A stretch of DNA of 64,000 bases from Anthoceros angustus. Taxonomy: Eukaryota > Plantae > Anthocerotophyta. Position numbers and translations under genes: made by a program. Numbering within the stretch: position 1 is the first letter of the stretch; every line of letters begins with the position of its first letter. Under the pieces are notes generated by a model, which saw nothing but the letters and a program-made list of their open reading frames with translations, was not told where the DNA came from and made no database searches. This document shows positions 1 to 12,160 of the stretch, in pieces. Where the stretch lies: assembly GCA_010909165.1 (NCBI GenBank), contig MU008170.1, positions 496,001 to 560,000 of the forward strand, in the 5' to 3' direction.

Positions 1-1
1 C

Positions 2-199
2 TTTGATGGCAATTCTGAATTAAATTTGTTTAAAAATTCTTGCACTGAAGGCTTAATACGTTGCAATGGAGAATGTGTCAATCTTCCTTCTGATAATAGC
101 AATTGTGGATCATGTGGATTTAAGTGCGGAGTATTAGGTCAAAATGGCTCGTTTATCACACTTCCCATATGTGTAGAAGGGCAATGTATCATGGATTGA
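2..199 (+). CDS. 3' end of a STIG1-like Cys-rich protein (runs off the window's 5' edge)
   Basis: Manual frame +2 translation: FDGNSELNLFKNSCTEGLIRCNGECVNLPSDNSNCGSCGFKCGVLGQNGSFITLPICVEGQCIMD*. The CxGxCV...DxxNCGxCGxxC...CxxGxC pattern matches the Stig1 motif; stop TGA at 197-199. Confidence 0.7.
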   Translation, partial: FDGNSELNLFKNSCTEGLIRCNGECVNLPSDNSNCGSCGFKCGVLGQNGSFITLPICVEGQCIMD

Positions 200-1016
200 G
201 TTTTATTTAGACAGATAAGTGAGGAGTATTGGCCATAGATGACTCATTTATCACATCTCCTATGCGCATCATGGATTGACTACCTACTACCTATTTAAGT
301 TTGTAATTATTTTTGGAAATAGAAGTTTATTTCCGCAAACACTTGTTTTAATTCAATCTTGATTATAAAGTGATATCTTAATACTCGTTTTAGTTTAATC
401 TTGGATATAAAGTGATGGTCAAATAGTTGTTTTGATTCAATCTTTATTAAACTAAGAATTTTTATAAATTTACTATTTCCATTATAATACATGTGGGCTT
501 ACAAAAGATGAATTATAGCTAGATGAGTTTAATTAGATAATTAATCACCTACAAAACATCTTATCCCGGATTACAAATTAGGCGAATATTGCCATGAGAA
601 GAATGAGATAGATGAGAGGGATGAGGCACATTAGATCCAATAAGAAGGCTCTAGAGACGTGTTGGGCGAGCTATTTCTCCCTAATCTTTACGCACATGCT
701 ACCTGCACAAGCTATTTTCCCCTAATTTTCAAGCACATGCCATCTGCACGACCAGCATGTGCTAGTGCTAGAATCCACTTGTACTTCATTGAGTTTCTTT
801 GTGGTTGGCTTTATGTATTGTTGTATACTGAAAGGAAAAGAGTAGTACAAATAACCTCTGTTTGAACAATATGATACACTTCCTTCAATAGTTATGTGTT
901 AGAGAAGCAGATAAGTAAAAATTATCTTGAATGATCGAAATGTCTTGGGTGATTGTTGATTGGAATTTTTGAAAAAACTCTTCTTGAAAAATATTTGTAA
1001 GTATAGGATACTTTTG

Positions 1017-1463
1017 TTATGGTGAAACAGGACAAAATGTTGAATCTATCGTATATTCCAAAGAACATTGGCTTTCTTGTATAAAACCTGAGCGTCTCCC
1101 TACACAATAAACATCTAAGAGTTCAAACTTGGCCATCTCTAAACATACACTACATAATTTTTTTTGAGATCCATAAGTTGATCCATCAATCTTTATATTG
1201 CATGCAGCATAACCTTGAAAATACCATGGACTTCGAAAAAGTACAGTATATGGATGGTTGTCAGGAAATGTGTCAGCACCTCTTAATGCAAGCACAGAAA
1301 CTCCTGCTCGAACCACTTTATGATCTTCACTTGCTGCTGGTTCAATGTATTGCCCACATCTATAAAGTATGTTTTGAGATGATATAGTACTACTGGACAT
1401 GAGTAAAATAATTGATAAATATATGATATGAAAAAAATAATTCCATCGTACATTTTGATGCAT
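1017..1463 (-). CDS. Small secreted Cys-rich protein, single Gnk2/DUF26-like domain (paralog 1)
   Basis: 148-aa intronless ORF with ATG and a hydrophobic N-terminus (FFHIIYLSIILLMSS). Pattern GYAAC-X15-CSVCLEMAKFELLDVYC...G...CSLEY resembles DUF26 (GLAQC..C..CL..A..EL..CC....A.I...C.LRY). Clearly homologous to 27203-27646. Confidence 0.7.
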   Translation of the reverse strand: MHQNVRWNYFFHIIYLSIILLMSSSTISSQNILYRCGQYIEPAASEDHKVVRAGVSVLALRGADTFPDNHPYTVLFRSPWYFQGYAACNIKIDGSTYGSQKKLCSVCLEMAKFELLDVYCVGRRSGFIQESQCSLEYTIDSTFCPVSP

Positions 1464-1975
1464 AATTTTTATTTATAAAAAATAACGAGCACTTACGTGT
1501 TTACAATTAAGAACACACATAAGTAACATGATATAATACACTCCATCCATTACGAGGACAACATGAAAGGTTACTTTGTTAAAATGCATAGTGAGATTCC
1601 ATATGTCCGTCTATATGAAAATATACGCCATATTTACGCCATAGGGGACGAAAAATCAAATATAATTAACTCAACAGTTGCAATGGTGTATTTGATGAAT
1701 ACATTTAATAGAAGTGTGAAGAATGAATAGATTTTGGGATGCATATATAAAACATGTGGTAGGCAGGTCAACCTCACATCTTAAATTCATGTAGCACTTC
1801 CTATTGTTATGCACAACAATAATTTTGTTATATCTAGGGAATCCATGAGCAAATACGCCAATTTGAAGGTCACATCTTGAGCAATTAGATCAAACAAAGA
1901 TTCTATTATTAAAATGGTAAATTATGGAAGAGATTCTAAAATTGCATAGAATAATATTATATTAAAATTTGTGCT

Positions 1976-2880
1976 TGTTAGTGTGAGTGCACTTGGTTTT
2001 TGTATAGGACTTCCTTGGAAGAACTTAGAGCGTAGTAGTGTTGGAACACTTGGAAATAATTACAAAGGACAATGAGTATCACAATAGCTTGGCTAGTAAA
2101 CGAAGTTTCTAGACTACCATGTTGGAGAATAATAAGCTCTAGATTCTGAACTCTTGTGTGAGATTTGGTCTTGGGGCTGCCTATCGTGAGCTGGTCAGGG
2201 CAGCCAAAAGGGGTGCTGTTGTGAAGCCCTAAAAGGCTGCTGTTGTGAAGCTTTTGGGGACCTTTTTGAATTGAAGGATGTAGGAGTATGGAGCCTACGT
2301 TGAAGGTGGTGAGTGTTGACGAGGCTGACGAGAGCAGCGCAGATATGACGGGGTCCAACGACCGTCCCCACCAGAGAAGGGAGCTTCATGGAGATAGAAG
2401 ACGTGCCAAAAGAGGGTAAAGCGTCAGCGAATGTTCAACGCGGTAACCTGGACATGGCGGAGCTTGCAGCACAAGCCACCCAAGATATCCTTCAACATGT
2501 ATTGATTCCTCCCTTTGCAGCTTGAAGGCATGCGTTCCCGGGACGTGGCGGATTCCAGCGTCGTGGGGTCCTGTGGCGGGAATCCGCATTTATTGGGCTC
2601 CTGAGGGCAGGACACCATATTTGGTGAAACCGATATATTCCCCGACTGGATAAAGCACACTGGGGGCCCCCGCAGGGGACTCACGTACCTGGTTGGGAGA
2701 ATACGCGCACTGCGTATGACCATACGTAGATTGCAGAGGAAGGGACCCCGCAGGCTTGGGCGACACGGCACAGACCCTTGGGCTGCTGCTGGAGCGTTTG
2801 GTGGGCGATTTGAGCCACTTGGTTCCCGGTTGCTTCGCACCGGGCTGCAGCCGGGCAGGGTCAGTCGGGGGCCAGGGCCC
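1976..2880. mobile_element. Possible LTR/TE-derived fragment
   Basis: Abrupt AT-to-GC transition starting TGTTAGTGTG at 1976 and no coherent ORF. No second terminus, TSD or coding domain was identified. Confidence 0.2.
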
Positions 2881-2890
2881 CGGAAGTCCG

Positions 2891-3517
2891 AGGGGAAGGA
2901 AAAGGAAAAGGAAAGGAAAGGGAAGGGGACAGGGAAGGGAAGGAAGGGCAGCGAAGGGAAGGGAAGGAGAGGGAAGGAGAGGGAAGGAGAGGGAAGGAGA
3001 GGGAAGGAAAGGGAAGGAAAGGGAAGGAAAGGGAAGGAAAGAGAAGGGAAGGGAAGGAAAGGGAAGGAAAGGGAAGGAGAGGGAAGGAATGGAAAGGGAA
3101 GGCAAGGAAAGGCAAAAGGAAAGGAAAGGAAAGGGAAGGGAAGCGAAGGGAGGGAAGGAGGGAAGGGAGGGAAGGGAGGGAAGGGAGGGAAGGCAGGAAG
3201 GGAAGGGCAGAGCCGGGAAGGGAACGGAAAGGAAACGAAAGAAAACGAAAGGAAACGAAAGGAAACGAAAGGAAATGAAAGGACAAGAAAGGAAACGAAA
3301 GGAAACGAAAGGAAACGAAAGGGAACGAAAGGAAACGAAAGGAAACGAAAGGAAACGAAAGGAAATGAAAGGAAATGAAAGGAAAGGGAAGGAAAGGGAA
3401 GGAAAAGAAAGGGAAGGAAAGAACGCGGAAGGAAAGGAAACGAAAGGGAAGGAAAGGCAAGGGAAAGCAAGGGAAGGAAAGGCAAGGAAAGGGAAGGCAA
3501 GGCAAGGCAAGGAAAGG
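2891..3517 (+). repeat. ~625-bp polypurine low-complexity array of pentamers (GGAAG/GGAAA/GAAAC/GGCAA)
   Basis: Directly visible; the + strand is almost T-free and is arranged in successive blocks of different pentamers. Confidence 0.95.
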
Positions 3518-3649
3518 CCCCGTGGCTCGTCTGCGTGAGAGCACAGAGGTCGCAACTGCGGCGCTGGATAGGAATTTTTGGGCTCCGGGATTGGCGGGCT
3601 CCGGGGACGGAAATTGGGCGGTGGGCACCTGGGCGGGCGCAGTTCGGCG

Positions 3650-5105
3650 ATGCAAGAGCTGGAGAAGGGCCGCATCGCCCTCCGGCGCAGGGACGAGAGG
3701 GGCGGTAGCAGCAGCCTGCTGGTGGATCAGTGGGTCAGGCTGTGGGACTGCAGCGTGAGATGGGTGCTGGCTCTGCTGCACCTCTTGCTGCGCCTGGCGC
3801 TGCGATCCCCCGCCCTCCGCGCGCTGCTCTGCTTTGTGGGTCTGCACACGCTCTGCGCCGGGGCTGAGCCCGCGCCCTCGTACTGCGCCCCGCAGCTCAG
3901 GCATCCGTCGCTGCTGGCGCCCAGGGGCTGCCGGGACGGGAGCAGGCTCACGGTGCGTTTGTTGGGTTTGTGGAATTCGGGTGCTTGGGAGGGGAATTGT
4001 GCGCAATTCGGGCGGGGTTGGAAAACCGGGTTGTGGGTTTGATTCCGCTTGGCTGGGTTGGTGATCCGGGTTGTGGGTTTTGGGTGCAGGTGGTGCTTGA
4101 CCTGGACGAGACGCTGGTCTGCGCCTACGATTCCCAGGGCCTGCCCCCTCTGCTGCACAGCCAGGCTATCAGGTCCGGGGTGCAGTGGTTCCAGCTTCAG
4201 TGTCTGGTGTATGATGTGAGTACTGGGTGCAATTACGTCCGCGTTGGTTCTTGGCTGTTTCTGGAAGTGGGTGTGGTCTGAATTGTGGCGGGTTTGGGAG
4301 CAGGAGGCTGATGGCAGGCAGAGGATGAACACTGTGATTGTGTATGAGCGGCCGGGGCTGCAAGAGTTCCTGGAGAAGGCTAGCAGGTTCTCTGAACTTG
4401 TCATCTTCACAGCAGGAGTGGAAGGTGGGTCGTGTTGGAAGCTTCCAAAAACGAGGCTTGTGTTACCTTCTTTGCTCTCTGGCTGATTATGGTGTGTGCC
4501 GTGCATTGGGGTGCAGCTTATGCAAGTCCGCTCATTGACAAAATTGATCCCGACAAGAGGGTTACGTCAAGGCTTTATCGGCCAGCCACCGTCGTCACGT
4601 AAGTGTGTACTTACAACAGGCTTGTGCTGATTGCTCTTGTTGTTCTGCTTCAGTGTAATTTACCTTGTTTCACATCTAAACTTTTGGCGGAAACTTTTCA
4701 GGAAGTACAAGGACCAAGTCCATGAGGTCTCTTGTCATGTCAAGGATTTGTCATGCCTCGGAAGGGATCTGAGGAGGACTGTCATCATAGATAACAACCC
4801 CTTCAGCTTTGTGTTGCAACCCACTAATGGGATACCTTGTGTGCCTTTCACTGGGGACAATGCACAAGATCAACAAGTAAGAGAAATGCCCCTTCAATCC
4901 CTTCAATCTTCACTCCTGTTAGTATCGCAGTCTGTCCGCTGTTGCTAATGTTTGCCCTCCATACTCTTTCCAGTTACTCCAGGTCCTGCTACCCTTGCTG
5001 GAACTTCTATCCAATGAGAAGGACGTTCGACCCGTGCTGGATGGTAAGTTCCGCATGGCCTCATGGTTTCGATCTCGTGGAGTACCCGTGGTGATGGAGA
5101 GTTAA
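3650..5105 (+). CDS. SCP1-like / NLI-interacting-factor (FCP1 homology) HAD phosphatase, multi-exon
   Basis: ATG 3650; intron 3953-4089 (GT..AG) then VVLDLDETLVCAY (DxDxT motif). Later exons read YERPGLQEFLEKASRFSELVIFTAG, YASPLIDKIDP, HVKDLSCLGRDLRRTVIIDNNPFSFVLQPTNGIPC and VLLPLLELLSNEKDVRPVLDGKFRMASWFRSRG; TAA at 5103-5105. Confidence 0.9.
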
Positions 5106-5218
5106 ACGAGTTACTAGAGCCTTCCAGTCAAGCAAACGCCTGGTCCCAGGAAATGGTGATGGAGAGTTAAACGAGTTGCTAGAGCTTTCCAGTCCAGCAA
5201 ACGCCTGGTCCCAGAAAA
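5089..5218 (+). repeat. 65-bp tandem duplication spanning the phosphatase stop codon
   Basis: TGGTGATGGAGAGTTAAACGAGTT..CAAACGCCTGGTCCCAG occurs at 5089 and again at 5154 with a few substitutions. Confidence 0.9.
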
Positions 5219-5453
5219 ATGCAACCTCTGCTTGGGTTGTGCAGCCATCAAGGTAAGGTATGTCCTCCTTTCCATACCATCCGGGTTTTGACCATACAGC
5301 CTGTGCGTATGCCGAGTCCATAGCTGGAGTGCGGTGTGGCCTTTGCACATGCAATTCCTGATCCACAGTCACGGCTGGATCAGGCTCTCGCTGCTACAGT
5401 ATCGTGCCCCCTGCACACCAAGTTGCAACACACTTGAGCGGAGTTGAATAGCC

Positions 5454-5489
5454 CCGGACAGATTTAGCGCTGGCGCTAAATTTGTCCGG
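5454..5489. other. 36-bp near-perfect palindrome
   Basis: CCGGACAGATTTAGCGC-TG-GCGCTAAATTTGTCCGG: 17-bp arms with one mismatch (G:U if RNA). Confidence 0.9.
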
Positions 5490-5697
5490 CTTGCTCACTA
5501 CATTGTTTATATCGCCCTGTAAAGTACAAATTGTAGAACCTTCTCCATCTCAAGAATACGTTTCTTGGTCTGCCATGCTTGGAGGCTTTCAGAACACCAA
5601 CAGCTGATACTGTGACAAGAAAAAACTCAAAAAACCCGATGCTGGTGTGCTCGGCAAAGGCAGTAAGCGCTGGCTACCCGGCGGGCTAGGACCAATT

Positions 5698-5786
5698 CAC
5701 TCATACAAATTTCAGTGCACTCATACACAAATTTCAGTGCACCCATATACAAATTTCAGTGCACTCACATACAAATTTCAGTGCAC
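5698..5786 (+). repeat. ~22-bp minisatellite, 4 copies
   Basis: CACTCA(T/C)A(T/C)ACAAATTTCAGTG repeated. Confidence 0.9.
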
Positions 5787-5909
5787 AACTCTCAACGCTC
5801 TCTCTATTTCATCACACAGGGGTTCCAAGTAACCCCCTCGCAGACCACATCCCGACCACATCCTCGAGATTTGCTATTGCTCTCGACTCAAACAACAAAG
5901 CTCCCTAAT

Positions 5910-7100
5910 TAGACTCTCCACAACTCTCTCACCACGACGTTTGACAACCTCTCCACCTTAAGTATACTTTCCACTCTCCACAACTCTCTCATCACAAGGT
6001 TCGACAACCTCTCCAACTTAAGTACGCCCTCTCTCCACAACTCTCTAAACACAAGGTTCGATAACCTCTCCACTTTAAGTACGCTCTCTACAACTCTCCA
6101 CCTTAAGTACGCTCTCTACACAACTCTCCACCTTCAGTACGCTCTCTACAACTCTCCATCTTATGTACGCTCTTTTCAACTCTCCACCTTAACTACGCTC
6201 TCTAAAACTCTCTGAACACAAGGCTCGACAAACTTCCTATCTACGCTCCCCACAACTCTCTCAACAACACAAGTCTCGACAAGCTCCCTAACTCCGCACT
6301 TTACAACTCTCTCAACAACACAAGGTTCGACAAGCTCCCTAACTACGCACTTTACAACTCTCTCAACAACACAAGGTTCGCTAACTACGCTCTCCATAAT
6401 TCTTTGAAGAATACAAGGTTCGCTAACTGCGCTGTCCACAACTCTCTCAACACAAGGCTAGCTAACTATGTTCTCCACAATTGTCTCAACACAAGATGCC
6501 CTAACTAGGTTCTCCACAACTCTCTCAACACAAGGCCGCCTAACCACAACTCAAGGCTCCCTAACTAGGTTCTCCACAACTCTCTCAACACAACGCTGTC
6601 TAACTACGCTCTCCACAACTCTCTCAAGGCAACGCTCACTACCTAGGCTCTCCACAACTCTCTCAACTCTCTCAACGCTCTCAACTCTCTCAACTCTCTC
6701 AAGGCTCCCTAGCTAAGCTCTTGACAACTCTCTCAACATAAGGCTCCCTAACTACGCTCTCCACAACTCTCTCAACACAAGGCTTCCTAACTACGCTCTC
6801 CACAACTCTCTCAACACAAGGCTCCCTAACTATGTTCTCCACAACTCTCTCAACAAAGGCTCCTAACTATGCTCTCCACAACTCTCTTAACACAAGGCTC
6901 CCTAACTCTACTCTCCATAATTGTCTCAACATAGGGCTCCCTAATTCCACTCTCCACAACTATCTCAACACAAGGCTCCCTAACTATGCTCTCTACAACT
7001 CTCTCATCATAGGGCCCCTAGTTCCGGCCTTCAGAACTCTCTCAACACTCAACACAGGGCCCTAGTTCCGATCTTCAGAACTCTCTCAACACAAAGCCTT
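5910..7100 (+). repeat. Degenerate ~39-bp tandem array, C/A/T-skewed
   Basis: Consensus CAACTCTCTCAACACAAGGCTCCCTAACTACGCTCTCCA, with shorter variants at the 5' end. Confidence 0.9.
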
Positions 7101-7264
7101 AGCTACGGTCTCTATAGTTTTTTCGATGGCTTTAACCTATTGCTCTAGCCCTTATATGCCCTTATATTGCACTGGCCCTTATATGCCCTTAAGTTGCTCT
7201 AACCCTTATATGTCTCACAAGCTCGCTTCGACTTAGCAGCTGCTAACTCAAGGAATTTTTGCAG

Positions 7265-7430
7265 ATCACCAATCTCTAAGAGTCCTTTGAAAACCACCAA
7301 TCATTCAAAGTCCTCACCAATTGCTAAGAGTCCTCTCCAGACCACCAATCACTAAAAGTCCTCATCAATTACTAAAAGTCCTCTCCAGTCCACCAATCAC
7401 TAAGAGTCCTCTCAGACCACCAATCACTTG
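7265..7430 (+). repeat. ~28-bp minisatellite, about 5 copies
   Basis: ACCACCAATCACTAAGAGTCCTCTCCAG repeated. Confidence 0.85.
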
Positions 7431-9851
7431 CAATTCCTTTTGTACTATAATAGGAGATAGTATGAAACATGCAACACATCCATCTCTTAACAGGCCAGCT
7501 ACTAATCATTTTAACCCGTTTTTCTCTTTTAACTTTTCAGCGGTACCATTACCGCTGCCCTCGTCATTGACATAAACTACAGAAAACGCGGATCATCGTA
7601 AACAAATATTGAATGTAAAAAATTTTAGAGAACCCATCGCATCTTGTTGAAAAGCGCAGGAAGAAGAGTTGGTCTTCTGCAAAACCCACAATGCAGAGCT
7701 GTATTCTTGTAAAACTCGCCTCAAAAACCCAAGGCCCGTAGTCGAACTAGTTGTCCTGCCTACCCTTCACTACGGCAGGCAGAAAGGAACAAGCATCTTG
7801 ACCACAGCAGGAAATGCAAGCATCCAGAGGTCCGTCGAGCGGCCGACGCTGTCGTCATCTCCATTAACAAATGACTTCAAAGCAGCCATGGACATATAGA
7901 ACTTGGACCACCACGAAAAGGCAGCTAGTGGAATGCAGAGTGAGACACACCGTTGACAAACTCACCTGTTTGCTGTTCGCGACCCTAAGAAGAATCCTGC
8001 ACAATTCAGCAATCTGGCAATGGTCTAGCAGAGAAAACAGCGGGCTCTAACGGGCTATAGGTTTTTGAGGTGGGTTTTACAGAAGGAGCAACTGTGCGCT
8101 GCGAAGTTTGCAAAAAATCACGTCTGCTTCGTGGGCTTCTTGCATCTCATCGTCCAGTCAGTGTTCGATGGGGGCAGATCACCTCCCACATCGAGCTCCC
8201 AGGATTCCAGAAGTCACAGTCCTCCTCCGAGCTCCTCTCAACACCAAGAGCTACAAGCAAATGAGACGTGAGCTCGCTCTGCTGCACGCCGAACTTCCTC
8301 TCCAGAGCAGGGAGATGAATAGACGCACTCCCGGCGCTCTTCTCCAATGCTTCCCCCAGTTGCTCTCCGCCACAGAGCACCTCCGTCCAAGCCATCCAAC
8401 TGTCTGTACAACATTTGCAGCAAACTGCTGGTAGAGATGCAATCAGTGAGAGACAGGGGCAGCTGGCTCATGTACGTCGGGGCCCTGGCTCTGGCCCTGG
8501 CGTCACCACACACTTGAAGCCGCAGCACTAGTCCCTCCAAGACATGAATTCCAAAGCTCGAGCACCATCTTTCCTGGTCACCACATGATGCTCACAAGCC
8601 GTGACTGCAGAAGAGAGAGAGGGAAAAGCTGACAGCAGCAGGAGACGACCAATTATGGAACAGGCTGCCATAGATTGCAATCTGTGCCGATGATACACGA
8701 GTCAAAGCGAGTGTCTGCCCAGGCCCCATCCTCTGGAAGCCAGTGCTCTCACAAGCGGGCAAAACCCACCCTCTTCTGCAGTAATGGAAGCAGCTCGACG
8801 TTGTGGTGAGCCTTGAGAGGGAGAAGGAAGGGGAGGCCACTGGCCAGACTGGGTCACCTTGGAGCGGGTTCGCCGGCAGCGGCAAAGTAGAGGAGGGTCC
8901 ACCTCCACAGTCCCCTCCTACCCGGATCCACCGCCACGTTGCCCCCAGCTGATGAAGATCTGTGTCCGTGCACGTTGCAGCAACGTGTCTGGTCCTGTCC
9001 TTGACCTTCTTCTTCTTCACACTTGCCAATACCATAATTTGCCCCTACCATCTCCTAGCCTCGAAGATGGTGCAGCTCACCGGACAAGAAAGGGTGCAGC
9101 TCTGCAGCCTTGCCCCCTCTTCGACTGCTGTACTCTGTACCGTGTTACAGGCTGCGTCACGACACGTTGAAAAGCCTTTCAGCACAGTTGTGGGACCACG
9201 CGGGACCTGTGCAGATGCACCGGTACACTCACACGAATCACTTTCTCCGTCTCTCACACTTTCTCTGTCTCTCAATCATTCGAATGCTTATCTCTGTCCC
9301 TCAATCATTCGCCTGCAACATAAGAGGTGCCAGAATCTGGTCACTGCTATCGATTACTGACTTGAACATCCATGGCAGACAGCATAGACAAGCGGGCCAT
9401 GACACTCTGATCAATTTGGCGCACCAGAGCCTAAGTAAGGCATGAGTATGCCGATTCTGCTGCTTCCTTTTCTCTTAGGGGAGAGTATACGCTTTCACTG
9501 CATACAGCAACACTGTTCCAAACCTCTCGAGCTCTGGCCCAATTTGTCGCCATCATCGTCTTCATTCTGGTGATGCCCGATGTGCAAGAATCCGCAAACA
9601 TCCTCTGTACTTTCAGGCGGTTTCTATCCAGAAACAAGTCTACTCAGCTCCCGCATTCCTTCAGTAGCTGGTCTGACAGAGCCTCCAGCAGCTTCTCGAA
9701 GAATAAATTTGAAACACCCTGCGCCCCAACAGGGAACCTGTTTCATCTTCAGTCTGGCAAGCCATACCAGGGTTGAAAGACCCAGATATGTCTGGCTGGA
9801 ATGCGGCTCACCAAGGAGGCCACTCTCTTCTGATGACCCCAGCCTGATGAC

Positions 9852-10615
9852 CTAGGAGTAACTTGGCAAGATATTGACAAAATGGTAAACCTCATCACTG
9901 TCTAGTACAGCCACTTCTGCATCGCACTCTGCACAACGTACTGGCTTGTACACCTCACCAACCTCCCCTTCCACACTGCTGCTTTCTGTAGCCTCTTCTG
10001 CATCACGTCTCCCTCTCTTGGGGCGTTTCTTTTGCCGTCTTCTGTTAGGAATGCTCCGAAGCACCTCATTTTGCACAACCCTACAGTTCACCACGAACAT
10101 AGCCCGATACTGATTCACATACAGCTCATGCCTGCAGCACAATAAAAAACTGATCAGTTCCAAATCAACGTCCTCCTGCACCGTAGCCAGCCACATAATC
10201 ATATAAACTCAGACTAGCTCAATTAAAAACAAGACATGGTGAAAAATCTCTTCATTGAATGCATGACATACAGAAACCCTGAACTCTCAGCCTGCCGAGC
10301 TCCACGACGTCTCACCTCTGACAGTCGATGCACAAGGTGGTGAAACAGCAAGGGCAGCTGAGCACAGCATCTGACTTCCTGCCCTGCCTTTTCACCGCCA
10401 CCCAGGCTTCATCCTTGTCATCCAAACTCGGATCGTAAAATTCTGGCTCCGCTTCTTCGTGTTCCTGGTCACCGGCCTCCAATTTCTCCAATGACGAGGC
10501 TGCGCATTGAAAAGGTGGTCAGTCCCTTTAGACAGCACATCCAACACAAAGCTCTCCAAGGATCAATACCAGCTTCCGACACCGAGGATATCTCCTCAGA
10601 CGCCACACCCGCCAT
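9852..10615 (-). CDS. EAPP: E2F-associated phosphoprotein homolog, 3 exons (10615-10570, 10499-10316, 10131-9852)
   Basis: Spliced product MAGVASEE...PEFYDPSLDDKDEAWV...[36 protein letters not shown]...YKPVRCAECDAEVAVLDSDEVYHFVNILPS matches the Eapp_C motifs; GT-AG introns. Confidence 0.9.
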
Positions 10616-10934
10616 GCGGTCTGGAATTCTTGGTGAATTACGTCACCCTAATGCCCACAAAATCACCACCAACAACGATTGTCTTTGTTTGGCACTACCC
10701 ATAGTAGTGGGGCTTCTTCAATGACAGTTCCCCAGTGTACCGCTGCCAAGCTCGTCAAACACCAATATTTTCCACAAACTATCTTCCGTATTGGAACTCG
10801 AAGCTAGTGCAATCTCTACATGGACTGGAAAAGATTTTATGGCTTAAATTTTTCTTATATTATACTTAAGATCTTTTTTGAAGAATTCAGAGGCTTTATA
10901 TAGATATTTCAAAATATACATCGAAGTCCCGCAC

Positions 10935-12160
10935 TAGGAGTTTAATCTTGGAGTGACCCGTAGAACACTAACAATTAGAGTAACCCCATAGGATACTAAC
11001 AACTGGAGTTTTAATCTGGATTAATCCCGTAGAATGCTAACAACTAGAGTAACCCCGTAGACACTAACAATTGGAGTTTTAATCTAGAGTAACCCCATAT
11101 AACACTATGCAGTAACCCCATAGGATACTAATAATTGGAGTTTTAATCTGGAGTAACCCCGTAAAATACCATGGAGTAACCCCGTAGGACAGTAACAGCT
11201 GGAGTTTTAATCTGGAGTAACTCCATAGAATACTAACAACTGGAGTTTTAATCTGGAGTAACTCCATAGAACACTAACAACTGGAGTTTTAATCTGTAGT
11301 AACTCCATAGAACTCTATGGAGTAACTCCGTAGGATACTAACAAATGGAGTAACTCCTTAGGACACTAACAAATGGAGTTTTAATCTGGAGTAACCCCCT
11401 AGAACACTAACAATTTGAGTAACCCCGTAGGACACTAACAACAACTCGAGTTTTAATTTGGAGTAACCCCGTAAAATACTATGGAGTTACCCCGTAGGAC
11501 ACTAACAACTGGAGTTTTAATATGGAGTAACTCCATAGAACACTGTGGAGTAACTCCGTAGGACACTAACAAATGGAGTTTTAATATGGAGTAACTCCAT
11601 AGAACACTGTGGAGTAACCTCGTAGGACACTAACAAATGGAATTTTAATCTGGAGTAATCCCGTAGAGCACTAACAATTGGAGTAAATCTGTAGGATACT
11701 AACAACTGGATGTAGCCCAATAACCCTGCACGGCACTAACAACTCTAGCCCCACATAGTACGGGAAGGAGGGTTACTAAACCCCGTGAGGACACTAACAA
11801 CAACTCGAGTTTTAATTTGGAGTAACCCCGTAAAATACTATGGAGTTACCCCGTAGGACACTAACAACTGGAGTTTTAATATGGAGTAACTCCATAGAAC
11901 ACTGTGGAGTAACTCCGTAGGACACTAACAAATGGAGTTTTAATATGGAGTAACTCCATAGAACACTGTGGAGTAACCTCGTAGGACACTAACAAATGGA
12001 ATTTTAATCTGGAGTAATCCCGTAGAGCACTAACAATTGGAGTAAATCTGTAGGATACTAACAACTGGATGTAGCCCAATAACCCTGCACGGCACTAACA
12101 ACTCTAGCCCCACATAGTACGGGAAGGAGGGTTACTAAACCCCGTAGGACACTAACATTT
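10935..12160 (+). repeat. ~41-bp tandem array containing a near-exact 359-bp internal duplication
   Basis: Consensus GGAGTAACYCCGTAGGACACTAACAACTGGAGTTTTAATCT; identical ORF translations at 11517 and 11876 (offset 359). Confidence 0.9.

Noticed and set aside
2424-4006. Long ORFs (220-381 aa) rich in FPSL or GKER
   Set aside because: They are translations of the stop-free pentamer purine tract, or antisense overlaps with the phosphatase gene; no domain content.
5910-7100. Interstitial telomere (CCCTAA within the unit)
   Set aside because: Only one hexamer occurs per 39-bp unit; there are no tandem telomeric repeats.
7540-7600. Helitron 3' end (GC-rich hairpin)
   Set aside because: No CTRR terminus at the expected distance on either strand.
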